A stretch of 64,000 nucleotides of DNA from an uncultured SAR86 cluster bacterium (GTDB lineage Bacteria > Pseudomonadota > Gammaproteobacteria > Magnimaribacterales > AG-339-G14): assembly GCA_902523885.1 (NCBI GenBank), contig CABZAV010000004.1:52761-116760 (forward strand), written 5' to 3'. The translations under genes and the position numbers were made by a program. The notes below the pieces were generated by a model, which had not been told where the DNA came from, did no database searches, and saw only the letters and a list, made by a program, of their open reading frames with translations. Every line of letters starts with the position of its first letter. Position 1 is the first letter of the stretch. Below are positions 1 through 10,783 of the stretch, one piece after another.

Positions 1-623
1 AGGGGAAAGAAGTAAAGTTTAAAGTTAAAATAAATGAAGTTCTTCAAACTACATTGCCTGAACTAAATAAAGATTTTTTTACAAAAATAGGTATCGATGT
101 TGAAACCGAAGAAGAATTTAAAATTGACCTCAAAGGAAAGTTAGAAAAAGACCTTGAAGTTTCATTAAAAAGAAAAGTTAAAGAGAGAATTTTCGATTCT
201 TTAGAAAAGCTCAATCCTATTGAAATCCCCTCAGCAATGGTTATCGCTGAGTCTGAAAATTTAAGAAAAGCAGCTGTACAACAGATGGGAATGGATGTTT
301 CCAAAATCAAAGATAAGGAATTTCCCTTGGAAAATTTTACAGAAAATGCTACTAAAAGAGTTAGATTGGGAGTAATTTTAAATAAAATAATAGAAGACAA
401 TGATTTAAAATCAGATGCAGAAGTAGTAAAAAGTCTTATTGATGAAAGATCATCTGGTTTTAAAGATCCCGAACAATACAGAAACTGGATTTATGGTAAT
501 GAAGAGCAATTAAAAAATATCGAATCTTTGGCTCTCGAAGAACAAGTTACAGAACTTTTAATTAGCCAATCAAAGTCAGAAGATGAAAATCTAAGTTTTG
601 AAGAAGTCATGACAATGAGTTAA
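1..623 (+). CDS. tig: Trigger factor, C-terminal part (5' end upstream of window)
   Basis: The frame is open from nt 3 (GKEVKFKVKINEV..LPELNKDFF..), so the M at 54 is internal. It lies directly upstream of clpP-clpX-lon, as in gammaproteobacteria. Confidence 0.9.
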   Translation, partial: GKEVKFKVKINEVLQTTLPELNKDFFTKIGIDVETEEEFKIDLKGKLEKDLEVSLKRKVKERIFDSLEKLNPIEIPSAMVIAESENLRKAAVQQMGMDVSKIKDKEFPLENFTENATKRVRLGVILNKIIEDNDLKSDAEVVKSLIDERSSGFKDPEQYRNWIYGNEEQLKNIESLALEEQVTELLISQSKSEDENLSFEEVMTMS

Positions 624-632
624 ATTAACCCA

Positions 633-1238
633 ATGACAAATGAATTAACGAATCAACTCGTTCCTATGGTTGTTGAACAAACACCAAGAGGGGAGAGAGC
701 CTTCGATATATATTCAAGACTTTTAAAAGAAAGAGTTATTTTTATCACTGGAGCTGTTGAAGATCATATGGCCAACCTTATAGTGGCGCAACTTTTGTTT
801 TTAGAAGCTGATAATCCGGACAAAGATATTAATTTGTATATTAATTCTCCTGGTGGCTCTGTAACTGCTGGTATGTCTATCTATGACACTATGTCTTACA
901 TTAAGCCTGATATTAGTACCTTATGTATTGGCCAAGCTTCAAGTATGGGTGCAGTCTTACTTACAGGTGGTACCAAAGGCAAGAGATTTGCTTTACCTAA
1001 TTCAAGAATAATGATCCATCAACCCTTAGGAGGTTTTCAAGGTCAGGCAAGTGATATTGAAATTCATGCAAAAGAGGTTTTGAAGATCAGAACTAAACTA
1101 AATGAAGTTTTGTCTAAACATTCTGGTCAAAAAATAGAAACTATTGAAACAGATACCGAAAGGGATAATTTCATGTCAGGAGAGGAAGCCTGTGAATATG
1201 GCCTTATTGATAAAGTTATTTCAAAAAGAGAAAAATAA
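633..1238 (+). CDS. clpP: ATP-dependent Clp protease proteolytic subunit
   Basis: 201 aa with ClpP signatures ([11 protein letters not shown] active-site Ser region, [10 protein letters not shown] His region). Confidence 0.97.
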   Translation: MTNELTNQLVPMVVEQTPRGERAFDIYSRLLKERVIFITGAVEDHMANLIVAQLLFLEADNPDKDINLYINSPGGSVTAGMSIYDTMSYIKPDISTLCIGQASSMGAVLLTGGTKGKRFALPNSRIMIHQPLGGFQGQASDIEIHAKEVLKIRTKLNEVLSKHSGQKIETIETDTERDNFMSGEEACEYGLIDKVISKREK

Positions 1239-2503
1239 TGAGCAACGAAATAGAGACTAAAGATAAACAATTGTTTTGTTCCTTTTGTGGAAAAAACCAA
1301 TCTGAAGTAAAAAAACTCATTGCTGGTCCTTCGGTTTATATTTGTGATGAGTGTGTTTCACTGTGTAACGATATTATTAAAGAAGATCTTTCTGAAAAAG
1401 ACAGCGAAGAGTCAGAAAAAAAACTTCCAATCCCTGTTGAAATTAAATCAATTTTAGACGAGTACGTTATTGGTCAAGATCAAGCCAAAAAGATTTTATC
1501 CGTAGCTGTTTATAATCATTACAAAAGATTGAAAGATACCAGTAAAAAAGATGATGTTGAGTTGGGGAAAAGCAATATTCTTCTTCTAGGTCCTACCGGA
1601 AGTGGTAAAACATTGTTAGCCCAAACTTTAGCAAGACTTCTTGATGTTCCTTTTACTATTGCTGACGCCACTACTTTGACAGAAGCAGGTTATGTTGGAG
1701 AGGATGTTGAAAATATAATTCAAAAACTTCTTCAAAATTGTGATTACGACGTTGAAAAGGCTCAACTGGGTATTGTTTATGTAGATGAAATTGACAAAAT
1801 TGCTAGAAAATCAGATAACCCTTCTATAACAAGAGATGTCTCAGGAGAAGGTGTTCAACAGGCACTTTTAAAGCTTATTGAAGGCACTACAGCTTCTGTG
1901 CCTCCACAAGGAGGACGGAAGCATCCTCAACAAGAGTTTCTTCAAGTAGACACGACCAATATTTTATTTATTTGTGGTGGAGCTTTTTCTGGATTAGAAG
2001 AAATAATTAGAAATCGCTCAGAAGACAAAGGTATGGGATTTGAAGCTTCGGTTGTTAAAAAATTAGAATCAAAAAATATTGCTGAAACCATAAAAAAAGT
2101 AAAACCTGAAGATTTAATAAAATATGGACTGATTCCTGAATTTATTGGACGTCTTCCTGTAACAGCATCTCTCGATGAATTAGATGAAGATGCGTTAGTT
2201 ACTATTTTAACAACTCCTAAAAATTCGTTGATAAAACAGTTTAAAAAATTATTTGAAATGGAATCTGTTGAGCTCGATTTTAGTGATGATGCTTTAAAAG
2301 AAATAGCTAAAAAAGCTATTGAAATGAAAACTGGAGCTAGAGGGCTGAGATCTATTTTAGAAAATGTACTTCTTGATAGCATGTACCAAGTTCCATCTGA
2401 ATCTGATCTTGAAAAAATTGTTGTCGAGGCGTCATCTATAAAAGAAGAATCAAAACCTTTAATGGTTTATAGAACTGACATAAACAAGAAAGAATCTAGT
2501 TAA
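1238..2503 (+). CDS. clpX: ATP-dependent Clp protease ATP-binding subunit ClpX
   Basis: N-terminal Zn ribbon (CSFCGK..CDEC) and Walker [14 protein letters not shown] one-nt overlap with the clpP stop. Confidence 0.97.
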   Translation: MSNEIETKDKQLFCSFCGKNQSEVKKLIAGPSVYICDECVSLCNDIIKEDLSEKDSEESEKKLPIPVEIKSILDEYVIGQDQAKKILSVAVYNHYKRLKDTSKKDDVELGKSNILLLGPTGSGKTLLAQTLARLLDVPFTIADATTLTEAGYVGEDVENIIQKLLQNCDYDVEKAQLGIVYVDEIDKIARKSDNPSITRDVSGEGVQQALLKLIEGTTASVPPQGGRKHPQQEFLQVDTTNILFICGGAFSGLEEIIRNRSEDKGMGFEASVVKKLESKNIAETIKKVKPEDLIKYGLIPEFIGRLPVTASLDELDEDALVTILTTPKNSLIKQFKKLFEMESVELDFSDDALKEIAKKAIEMKTGARGLRSILENVLLDSMYQVPSESDLEKIVVEASSIKEESKPLMVYRTDINKKESS

Positions 2504-2505
2504 GA

Positions 2506-2533
2506 CTTGAAATTATATTTTTTGACCTCAACT
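2506..2533 (+). promoter_or_regulatory. Possible sigma-32 type heat-shock promoter for lon
   Basis: CTTGAAA (2506-2512), 13-nt spacer, CCTCAACT (2526-2533), compared with consensus CTTGAAA-N13-15-CCCCATNT. Caveat: the implied leader is very short and would start at the GAGG SD (2541-2544). Confidence 0.3.
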
Positions 2534-2550
2534 AGAAAAAGAGGTTAATT

Positions 2551-4935
2551 ATGCTTTTACCATTAGTACCATTAAGAGACGTTGTAATTTTTCCTGGAGT
2601 AGTCACTCCACTTTTTGTTGGAAGAGACAAATCAATTAATGCTTTACAAAAAGCGATGTCAGATGATAAGTCTGTCATGCTTGTTGCACAAAAAAATCCA
2701 AATGATGAAGATCCTGGTTTAAATGATCTCTATGGCATAGGAACTGTATCAACCATTTTACAGTTAATTAAATTACCAGATGGGACTTATAAAGTTTTAG
2801 TCGAAGGGATTAAAAGAGCATCAATTATTAATGCAAAAAATAAAAAAGATTATACTGAATCGGAAATTGACGTACTTGATAACTCAGAAATGGATCATGA
2901 TTTACAAAGAAGTTATTTGAATACTCTTCAATCACAGTTCAAAGATTTATCCAAAACTTCAGCCAAAATTAGACCTGAAATTATTAGCCAAGTTAGATCC
3001 ATAGAAAAATTAGATAAATTAATAGATACCCTTGTTGGACATCTATCATTATCTATAGACGATAGACAAAAATTACTCGAAGAAGCAGATTTAGAAGAGC
3101 GTTCTAAATTATTGGTTAATTTGTTAGAAAATCAACTCGATCTTACACAAATGGAAAAGAAAATTAGAGATCGAGTAAAAAAACAGATGGAAAAAAGTCA
3201 AAAAGAATATTATTTGAGCGAGCAAATGAAAGCTCTAAAAAAAGAAATGGGTGAGGGCGATGATTCCGATGATGAGGTAGAAGCTTTAGAGAAGAAGATA
3301 GCCAATTCTGGTATGTCAAAAGAGGCGTTAGAAAAAGTTAATACTGAATTAAATAAATTCAAAATGATGCCACCTATGTCTGCTGAAGCATCTGTTGTAA
3401 GAGGTTACATTGATTGGATGGTTAGCATACCTTGGAAAAAGAAATCTAAAGTCCAGAAAAATATTCAAAAGGCCAGCGAAGTCCTTGAGAAAGATCATCA
3501 TGGACTAGAAGAAGTAAAAGAAAGAATTTTAGAATTTTTAGCTGTTCAAAAAAGAGTTTCGAAAATAAAAGGTCCGGTACTTTGTTTAGTAGGTCCCCCA
3601 GGAGTAGGAAAAACTTCTCTTGGAGAGTCTATAGCAAAAGCGACAGGACGAGAGTTTACAAGAGTTTCTCTTGGAGGGGTTAGAGATGAAGCAGAAATTA
3701 GAGGTCACAGAAGAACTTACATCGGATCTATGCCAGGAAAAATTTTACAAAAAATGTCCAAAACTGGAGTTAAAAATCCATTATTTTTATTAGATGAAAT
3801 CGATAAGATGGGCGCTGATTATAGAGGAGACCCTTCTTCTGCTTTATTAGAAGTTTTAGATCCTGAACAAAATCATACTTTTAACGATCATTTCCTTGAA
3901 GTTGATTATGATTTATCTGATGTTATGTTTGTATGTACTGCTAATTCTTTAGATATTCCTGGTCCACTTTTAGATAGGATGGAAATTATCAGACTTCCTG
4001 GTTACACAGAAGACGAAAAATTGAGTATTGCTAAAAATTATTTGGTTCCGAAGCAATTGAAAAATAACGGACTTAAAGAAAACGAAATTAAATTTGAGGA
4101 TTCTGGTTTATTAGATGCAATAAGATATTTTACTAGAGAAGCTGGTGTAAGAGCGCTTGAAAGAGAAATAGCTAAAATTTGTAGAAAAACAATTAAAAAA
4201 ATAGCTGATTTAAAAAGGAAAACTATTCAAAAAGTTAATGCTAAAAACTTAGAAGACTATTTAGGAGTTAAAAAATTTGATTTTGGAGAGGCGAAAGAAA
4301 AAGATAAAATAGGTCAGGTCACGGGCCTTGCTTGGACACAAGTTGGTGGTGAGTTATTGACTATTGAAGCAGCAACATTCAAAGGGAAAGGAAGAATAAT
4401 TAAAACAGGAAGGCTTGGTGATGTTATGCAAGAGTCTATTCAGGCTGCGGTATCCGTTATTCGATCAAGAGCAGAAGGCTTGGGCATTAATCCTGAATTT
4501 TCTGATTTGAACGATATTCACATTCATGTTCCAGAAGGAGCTACGCCAAAAGACGGACCAAGTGCTGGTGCAGCCATGACAACTGCTGTTGCATCTGTCT
4601 TATCTAATATTCCTGTAAGAGCTGATGTAGCAATGACAGGAGAAATAACTTTGAGAGGTGAAGTACTTAAAATCGGTGGCCTCAAAGAAAAACTACTAGC
4701 TGCCAGGAGAGGCGGAATTAAAACTGTTCTTATACCAGAAGATAATGTAGGTGATTTAAGAGAAATACCAGATAAGATTAAAGACAATTTAGATATAAAG
4801 CCAGTACGATGGATAGATGAAGTTTTTAAAATTGTTCTTACAGAAGTCCCTAAGCCCTGGACTGAAGACAAAAGCAAAGATTCTAAGTCTTTAAAGAAGT
4901 CTAAAAATACTAAAAATAAGCTTGAAACCCATTAA
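2551..4935 (+). CDS. lon: Lon protease
   Basis: 794 aa with Walker A GPPGVGKTS, catalytic Ser motif PKDGPSAG and an N-terminal LON substrate-binding region. Confidence 0.97.
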   Translation: MLLPLVPLRDVVIFPGVVTPLFVGRDKSINALQKAMSDDKSVMLVAQKNPNDEDPGLNDLYGIGTVSTILQLIKLPDGTYKVLVEGIKRASIINAKNKKDYTESEIDVLDNSEMDHDLQRSYLNTLQSQFKDLSKTSAKIRPEIISQVRSIEKLDKLIDTLVGHLSLSIDDRQKLLEEADLEERSKLLVNLLENQLDLTQMEKKIRDRVKKQMEKSQKEYYLSEQMKALKKEMGEGDDSDDEVEALEKKIANSGMSKEALEKVNTELNKFKMMPPMSAEASVVRGYIDWMVSIPWKKKSKVQKNIQKASEVLEKDHHGLEEVKERILEFLAVQKRVSKIKGPVLCLVGPPGVGKTSLGESIAKATGREFTRVSLGGVRDEAEIRGHRRTYIGSMPGKILQKMSKTGVKNPLFLLDEIDKMGADYRGDPSSALLEVLDPEQNHTFNDHFLEVDYDLSDVMFVCTANSLDIPGPLLDRMEIIRLPGYTEDEKLSIAKNYLVPKQLKNNGLKENEIKFEDSGLLDAIRYFTREAGVRALEREIAKICRKTIKKIADLKRKTIQKVNAKNLEDYLGVKKFDFGEAKEKDKIGQVTGLAWTQVGGELLTIEAATFKGKGRIIKTGRLGDVMQESIQAAVSVIRSRAEGLGINPEFSDLNDIHIHVPEGATPKDGPSAGAAMTTAVASVLSNIPVRADVAMTGEITLRGEVLKIGGLKEKLLAARRGGIKTVLIPEDNVGDLREIPDKIKDNLDIKPVRWIDEVFKIVLTEVPKPWTEDKSKDSKSLKKSKNTKNKLETH

Positions 4936-5050
4936 AATTGGTGTTTATAGAGATAAATTTTTCTTTGCATTCATTTAAACTTAATATATAAAGGTACTTA
5001 AGTTTTTACATTATATGTAATATTTTTTAAATTTTTTTTGGAGAGAGATT

Positions 5051-5320
5051 GTGAATAAAGCAGATTTAATAGATTCAGTAGCAGATTCTACTGACATGTC
5101 TAAAGCCGAAGCAGGAAGAGCTTTGGACGCGGTACTTGATGGAATATCAGGAGCCCTTAGTAACGGTGATCAAGTTGCATTGGTTGGATTTGGAACTTTT
5201 TTAGTTCGTGAAAGAGCTGCGAGAATGGGAAGAAATCCTCAAACTGGTGCCTCTATCCAAATTGCTGCTTCTAAGGGTGTAGGATTTAAACCAGGTAAAG
5301 CTCTAAAAGAAAGTCTATAA
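5051..5320 (+). CDS. hupB: DNA-binding protein HU (beta-like)
   Basis: 89 aa, GTG start. HU family sequence ([11 protein letters not shown].., GFGTF..RNPQTG). The lon-hupB-ppiD order matches E. coli. Confidence 0.93.
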   Translation: MNKADLIDSVADSTDMSKAEAGRALDAVLDGISGALSNGDQVALVGFGTFLVRERAARMGRNPQTGASIQIAASKGVGFKPGKALKESL

Positions 5321-5333
5321 ATCTCTTGAGAAC

Positions 5334-5365
5334 AAAAAACGCGTCTTTCATGGCGCGTTTTTTTT
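5334..5365 (+). terminator. Rho-independent terminator after hupB
   Basis: AAAAAACGCG (5334-5343) pairs with CGCGTTTTTT (5354-5363) around a 10-nt loop, and the T run extends to 5365. Confidence 0.75.
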
Positions 5366-5374
5366 AAAAAAATC

Positions 5375-7159
5375 ATGTCAGCATTATCAAATATAAGAAA
5401 TGGATTAACCTCATCTGGATCTTCAATAATAGTAGGAATTATTATTTTTGGATTGGTTGCAACATTTGGAGGATTTTTAGGAGAAGGTAGCGTTCTATCG
5501 AATAATAGTATTTTGACTATAAACGGCAAATCAATCAGTCAAGGTGAATTTGCTATTGAATTTAGCAGAATAGAAGAACAACTATCCCAGGGAGATCAAG
5601 AGTTGTCCAATGATGTAATTGAAAGAATTGTTAAAGAAAGTATTGTTTTAAAAGAATTATATTCTCAGTCTGCGGTTAAAGCAGGACTCAACATGGATGA
5701 TAAAAAATTAAATAGTCTCATTAGAAACGATCCCTCTTTTTACAATGATGATACATTTGACATAGATCTGTTTAGGGGTTTTTTATCTAGACTTGGAATG
5801 ACACCAGACTCTTTCAAAGAATACGTAAAATCTAGATATTTAGCAGGCGATCTTCAAACTATCCTTAGTAAAGATATTAATTTCAGCAATGATTATATTA
5901 GACAATTTATTGAAGCTAATAATCAGACAAGAGACATAACATTTGCAAAAGTTTTACTAACTGAGGAAGCTATGAAAGAGAATATTTCCGAAGAAGAAGT
6001 TTCTCAGTATTATGAAAACAATAAGTTTTTATATATCTCACCTTTAAAATTTTCCTATAAATTGCTAAATGTAAACCAAGATTTATTTAACAATTTAGTA
6101 TCTGTTTCAGAAGAAGAAATAAAAGAGGAAAAAGAAGCCTTTTTAAACAACTTTGTATCTCAAAAAAGAATTAGTCACATTGAAATAACTTACGAAAATA
6201 GCAATAGAGAAGAAAAGTTAGATTTAGCGCAGAATATTTTATTAAATTTAAATAATGATCCTTTAAATTTTGAAACCGCTGTATCAGAATATTCAACAGA
6301 TTTGAGTACTAAGAACAATAAAGGAGATTTAGGATTTACTGATGGTAGTATTTTTCCGGATGAATTTGAAAATGAAATAAAAAAATTGGAACTTAATCAG
6401 ATATCAAGTGTAATTGATTTATCGACTTCCTTTCATATCCTCAAAATTACAGAAAAAACTGATTCATCTTTTTCCAGAGAAGATATTATTGATAAAATTA
6501 CATTCGTTAAGACGGCTGAAAAACTTGACGATGTTTTAAATTATTTAGACGAAAACATATTCATTACTGACATCGAAACCCTAGCCAAAGAATTTAGTTT
6601 GTCATATGAAAATATTAATGATGAACCCGAAGACGAATTTTTCATTAAATTTGATAGTTTGGATTTTGATGAAATTGAGGAAGGCAGTTTGTTGGGACCT
6701 TTGGAATCCGATGAGGGATACAATATAGTTCAAATAGACAAAATAACTGATCAAGGATTTAAATCACTTGATCAAGTAAACAAAGAAATAGAAAAAGAAC
6801 TTAAAACTTTGAAAGCATCCAAAAAAATAAACTCTTTAGTAGAGAATTTAGAAAATAAACTGATTAATGAGGATACAGATTTTACAAAATATTCTGAAAT
6901 CAAAAGAAATAATTTTTTATTACCCTCAGAAGTTTCTCAAAAACTTTTTTCATTTGAAACAAAAGAAAATGAAATATTTTCATTAATACTAGATGATGGC
7001 GATGCTTACATTGTTAAATTAGACAAAATAAATCAAAACAAAGGGGTAATTTCGTCTGAAGATCTAGATCAGGGTAAAGATTATCTGACAACAGTTTATC
7101 AAGACATTATTAGAGAATCTTTTATTAACGAGTTAAGAAAGAGCTCATCGATTAATTAA
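5375..7159 (+). CDS. ppiD: Periplasmic chaperone / peptidyl-prolyl isomerase PpiD
   Basis: 594 aa with an N-terminal TM helix ([17 protein letters not shown]) and a parvulin-like segment ([15 protein letters not shown]). The position after hupB fits ppiD. Confidence 0.85.
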   Translation: MSALSNIRNGLTSSGSSIIVGIIIFGLVATFGGFLGEGSVLSNNSILTINGKSISQGEFAIEFSRIEEQLSQGDQELSNDVIERIVKESIVLKELYSQSAVKAGLNMDDKKLNSLIRNDPSFYNDDTFDIDLFRGFLSRLGMTPDSFKEYVKSRYLAGDLQTILSKDINFSNDYIRQFIEANNQTRDITFAKVLLTEEAMKENISEEEVSQYYENNKFLYISPLKFSYKLLNVNQDLFNNLVSVSEEEIKEEKEAFLNNFVSQKRISHIEITYENSNREEKLDLAQNILLNLNNDPLNFETAVSEYSTDLSTKNNKGDLGFTDGSIFPDEFENEIKKLELNQISSVIDLSTSFHILKITEKTDSSFSREDIIDKITFVKTAEKLDDVLNYLDENIFITDIETLAKEFSLSYENINDEPEDEFFIKFDSLDFDEIEEGSLLGPLESDEGYNIVQIDKITDQGFKSLDQVNKEIEKELKTLKASKKINSLVENLENKLINEDTDFTKYSEIKRNNFLLPSEVSQKLFSFETKENEIFSLILDDGDAYIVKLDKINQNKGVISSEDLDQGKDYLTTVYQDIIRESFINELRKSSSIN

Positions 7160-7946
7160 TTTCTGTTAAATCTCCCATCGCAGTAATATTAAAACCTGCA
7201 TCAACATAGAGAATTTCTCCTGTAATACCGCTTGCTAAATCAGAACATAAAAATGCTCCTGCATTTCCGACTTCTGAAATAGATATATTTCTTTTTAATG
7301 GAGCTCTTTCGGCATTATAAGTTAACATTTTCTTGAAACTTTTTACTCCAGACGCAGCTAAGGTTTTTACTGGCCCAGCAGATATCGCATTAACTCTAAT
7401 ACCTTGAGGACCCAAACTATTTGCTAAATATCTAGTGGTGGATTCTAGAGCAGCTTTTGCTACTCCCATGACATTATAGTTAGGTAAGGTTCGCTCAGCT
7501 CCCAAATAAGACAAAGTTAATAAGGAAGCGTTTCTACCTGTCATTAATGAATTTCCGGCTTTAGCTAATGCAGTAAAACTATACACGCTAATGTCATGAG
7601 CTATTTTAAATCCTTCTCTAGTAGCTGCTTCAACAAAATCACCATCTAATTCATTTGCGGGAGCAAAACCTACCGCATGAACTATACCGTCTAAATATCC
7701 CCATTTATTTTTTATCACATCCATCATATTAGATATTGATTCATCGCTTGACACATCACATTCAATATAAGTTTCACAGCCCCAAGTATTTCCAAGTTTC
7801 ATAACTTTATCTTTAAGCCTTTCAGATTGATAAGAGAGAATTAATTCTGCACCCTGATTATGCATAGATTCAGCTATGCCAGAAGCAATTGAAAATTTAT
7901 TAGCGACGCCAACTATTAATATTTTTTTTCCTTCTAAGAAGCCCAT
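7152..7946 (-). CDS. fabI: Enoyl-ACP reductase (NADH) FabI
   Basis: The conserved N-terminus [21 protein letters not shown] begins at the internal ATG 7946, and the long ORF to 8036 would run into the neighbouring receptor gene. Tyr/Lys active-site region present ([23 protein letters not shown]). Confidence 0.93.
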   Translation of the reverse strand: MGFLEGKKILIVGVANKFSIASGIAESMHNQGAELILSYQSERLKDKVMKLGNTWGCETYIECDVSSDESISNMMDVIKNKWGYLDGIVHAVGFAPANELDGDFVEAATREGFKIAHDISVYSFTALAKAGNSLMTGRNASLLTLSYLGAERTLPNYNVMGVAKAALESTTRYLANSLGPQGIRVNAISAGPVKTLAASGVKSFKKMLTYNAERAPLKRNISISEVGNAGAFLCSDLASGITGEILYVDAGFNITAMGDLTEIN

Positions 7947-7989
7947 ATCTAATTTTAGCATGATAAAATTTTTTAATATTTTCTTTGTT

Positions 7990-10782
7990 ATGTCACTAAA
8001 TAAGTATTTGTTTTTAAAATTATTATTATTTGTCAATGCATCTATTATCTTTGCTCAAGATTTCAAAGAAGAAGTAATTGTTACCGGATCATTGAACTCA
8101 AACTTGGAAGTGACAAACTCAGTATTAGAATTTAGCGAATTAGATTTAAAAAAAAATGGAGTCTTTAGGATAGAAGATTTTTTAAATGTACTTCCTATTA
8201 TTGACCCTTCTAATTCGTCTTTGCAATCAAACAACTCTATAGGCATATCAACAATAAGCATCAGAGGACTAGGAAGTAATAGATCTTTAATTTTAGTTGA
8301 CGGAATAAGAATAGCGCCTGGCACATCGTTTAATGGAAAAAATGAGCAAGATTTAAATGATATTCCTTTAGAGCTTGTAAAAAAAGTAGAGGTGTTAACA
8401 GGAGGTAAGACAACTATCTACGGGTCAGACGCCATTGGAGGAGTTATAAATTTCATTTTAGATGATAATTTTTCTGGAACTAAACTGTCAATGCACCAAG
8501 GTGCATATCAACATAGAAATAATAATTCTGCTATTCGAACATTAATTTCATCTCAAGGCTTAAATAATCCAAAAGAAAATAAGTTCGATGGAGGAAATTC
8601 TTCTTATTCTTTTACTTCTGGAAATAAGACTAAATTTTCTAATATTATTTTTCATGCCTCTTATAAAAGAAACTCAGATATTAAATGGGGAGATAGAGAT
8701 ATAGGTAGCTGCGCATGGAGGGGAAACTCTGTTTGTCGCTTAAGCAGCTCGACATATGCAACTAGGATTAAGCCATTATCCATACATGGAAGTGGCGGCT
8801 ATATATCAGACAGTGGGTTTAATTCGTCATCTCAAAAATATAATTTTGGACCAGATAATTTTTTACAAAGACCTGAGAAAAAAATAGACGTAGCACTATT
8901 ATTTAAATATAAAATTAATGAAGAAAATAATCTTAAAATAAATTTTTTCAATACTTCTAAAACCAGTTTAGCTCAAATTGGAGCACCTTTAATTTCAGGT
9001 AAAATTTTAGAAATACCTTGTACCAATCCATATTTTGTTCAGGCTTCTTCATTAACTTGTGGCGCTTCTAATAATTCAGTGACAGCAACTATTTATAAAA
9101 GATTCACTGAACCAAATGTCTATAGAACTCAAGAATTTAAAAATAAATCATTTAGGACAAATATTAAGTTTGATGGAAACATAACCAAAGATACTTCGTA
9201 TAGCCTAGTTATTCAAAATAATCACAAATCATTAGATTATAAATATCTCAACGATTTGTCCTTATCAAACATAAAAAATGCTCTTAACATAAACTCTTCA
9301 GGTGAATGTTTGGTTGGGGATAATTGCAAGCCATTAAATATTTTTACAAACAGTAAAATTTTACAAAACAATATTTCTGAAGGCATAACTAGAGATGCCT
9401 TTGAATATATAAGAAAAGATTTAAGCCTAATAGGAGAGCAATCAGATAATTTGATAAATCTTTCACTTTTTAAAAATTTTTCATTTAAAAATAATTCAAT
9501 CAAAAATATCAAAGTTGCTTCTGGTTTTGAACGAAGAGAACTAAAATCAATAAAAGTTCCTATTTCTAATTTTTCGGATGGAGTAGGGCAACAATATTTT
9601 CATTCAAAACATCACATAACCAATCAGGTGAACCAAATTTTTGTTCAAGCCGAAGTTGAATTCGTAAATAATTTTGATCTTATTACAAGTTTTAGAAATT
9701 CAAATTATTCATTCGTTAATGATGATTTTACTTATGATGTAGGATTTAAATTTCCTATTAATGGTTTTTTCAGTATTAAAGGCTCACACCAAAAATCATC
9801 TAGAGCGCCTAATTTTCATGAGTTATTTGTAGATGAAAAAAGACTTCCACTCTTGATCGGACGAGATCCTTGTGATGGAAGCAATCCTAGATATTCATTA
9901 GCTCAATGTCAGCTTCTAGGTTTAGATTCGTCTTTGTACGGAAGTGTAAGTAACGAACCTCAGCTTTTTATTAAGGATAAAGGTAATATCGATCTTAAAT
10001 CTGAAGAAGCTTTTTCTAACTCATTTTCGCTTGAATATCGAGATGAACAATTTAATTCAGAAATTACCTTCTATGAAATAAAAATGTCCAATCAGATATC
10101 TCAAATTGAATTTGATTCAATTTTAACTCGTTGTTTAGATAGTCTTGATACCTCAAGCGAGTGGTGCGGATACATCAATCGAGCTTTGGATGGGACTTTT
10201 TCTTCTAGCGGAGGCTTTATTTCTTCTCCCTTTTATAACATCTCTTCATTCAAGACAGAAGGCATTGATTTTAAAATTAATTTTTCTTTAGATTCAAGAT
10301 TTGGGGAAATAGAAATCAATAATTTTAATAATATTTTATTGAAAAAGAACTATCAAGAGTCGCTTGGAGAACAAGAAAGAAATTGTAAGGGTTTTTATTT
10401 GTTAGGTAATAGCGATGGTCTTTGTTTTCAACCTTCACCAAAATTTCAGAATATTTTAAATATATCTATTAAAAGACCCACCTTTGGATATGACAGTGAA
10501 TATAACCTAACTTATAGATATATCGATTCCGTAAAAGAGTATCTTTATCAAAATACTTCTAACAATATTCGATTTAAGGAAATGGAATATTTTGATTTAA
10601 ATTTAAGCATGTCTCTTGAAGATGATTTAGATATATATCTAGGAATAAATAATCTTTTAGATAGCGATCCGCCCATTAATGGAAATATAGGGTATGTACC
10701 TGGAAACGCTAATACCTTTCCATCTTTTTATGACCCTTTAGGAAGATACTTATTTTTAAAAATTTCTAAAAAAATTAACTAA
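7990..10782 (+). CDS. TonB-dependent receptor (very Asn/Ser/Ile/Phe-rich)
   Basis: Start chosen at ATG 7990, which gives signal peptide [23 protein letters not shown]. Plug motifs present ([28 protein letters not shown]), followed by a long barrel of 930 aa. Confidence 0.85.
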   Translation: MSLNKYLFLKLLLFVNASIIFAQDFKEEVIVTGSLNSNLEVTNSVLEFSELDLKKNGVFRIEDFLNVLPIIDPSNSSLQSNNSIGISTISIRGLGSNRSLILVDGIRIAPGTSFNGKNEQDLNDIPLELVKKVEVLTGGKTTIYGSDAIGGVINFILDDNFSGTKLSMHQGAYQHRNNNSAIRTLISSQGLNNPKENKFDGGNSSYSFTSGNKTKFSNIIFHASYKRNSDIKWGDRDIGSCAWRGNSVCRLSSSTYATRIKPLSIHGSGGYISDSGFNSSSQKYNFGPDNFLQRPEKKIDVALLFKYKINEENNLKINFFNTSKTSLAQIGAPLISGKILEIPCTNPYFVQASSLTCGASNNSVTATIYKRFTEPNVYRTQEFKNKSFRTNIKFDGNITKDTSYSLVIQNNHKSLDYKYLNDLSLSNIKNALNINSSGECLVGDNCKPLNIFTNSKILQNNISEGITRDAFEYIRKDLSLIGEQSDNLINLSLFKNFSFKNNSIKNIKVASGFERRELKSIKVPISNFSDGVGQQYFHSKHHITNQVNQIFVQAEVEFVNNFDLITSFRNSNYSFVNDDFTYDVGFKFPINGFFSIKGSHQKSSRAPNFHELFVDEKRLPLLIGRDPCDGSNPRYSLAQCQLLGLDSSLYGSVSNEPQLFIKDKGNIDLKSEEAFSNSFSLEYRDEQFNSEITFYEIKMSNQISQIEFDSILTRCLDSLDTSSEWCGYINRALDGTFSSSGGFISSPFYNISSFKTEGIDFKINFSLDSRFGEIEINNFNNILLKKNYQESLGEQERNCKGFYLLGNSDGLCFQPSPKFQNILNISIKRPTFGYDSEYNLTYRYIDSVKEYLYQNTSNNIRFKEMEYFDLNLSMSLEDDLDIYLGINNLLDSDPPINGNIGYVPGNANTFPSFYDPLGRYLFLKISKKIN

Positions 10783-10783
10783 G

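Noticed and set aside
1942-2382. 146-aa antisense ORF inside clpX. Similar long antisense ORFs occur inside tig (44-400), lon (4524-4877), the receptor genes, sulfatase (33769-34047), GST (36165-36419), CBS (46618-46851) and others.
   Set aside because: All lie opposite strongly supported conserved genes, and their products are low-complexity Ser/Phe/Ile/Leu-rich. They are shadow ORFs expected from the AAA/GAA-rich codon usage of the sense strand.
5006-5020. Palindrome TTACAT-TAT-ATGTAA in the hupB upstream region, superficially similar in layout to the 36595 and 37508 palindromes.
   Set aside because: The arms differ from the GTGACA sites at most positions and are pure A/T plus one C/G. It is plausibly just part of an AT-rich promoter (TTTACA -35-like hexamer), with no second copy to support an operator.
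7876-8036. Upstream extensions of both fabI (to 8036) and the receptor (from 7876), which would make two genes overlap head-to-head by 161 nt.
   Set aside because: The conserved FabI N-terminus and a canonical signal peptide begin at internal ATGs (7946 and 7990). The extensions have no recognisable sequence.
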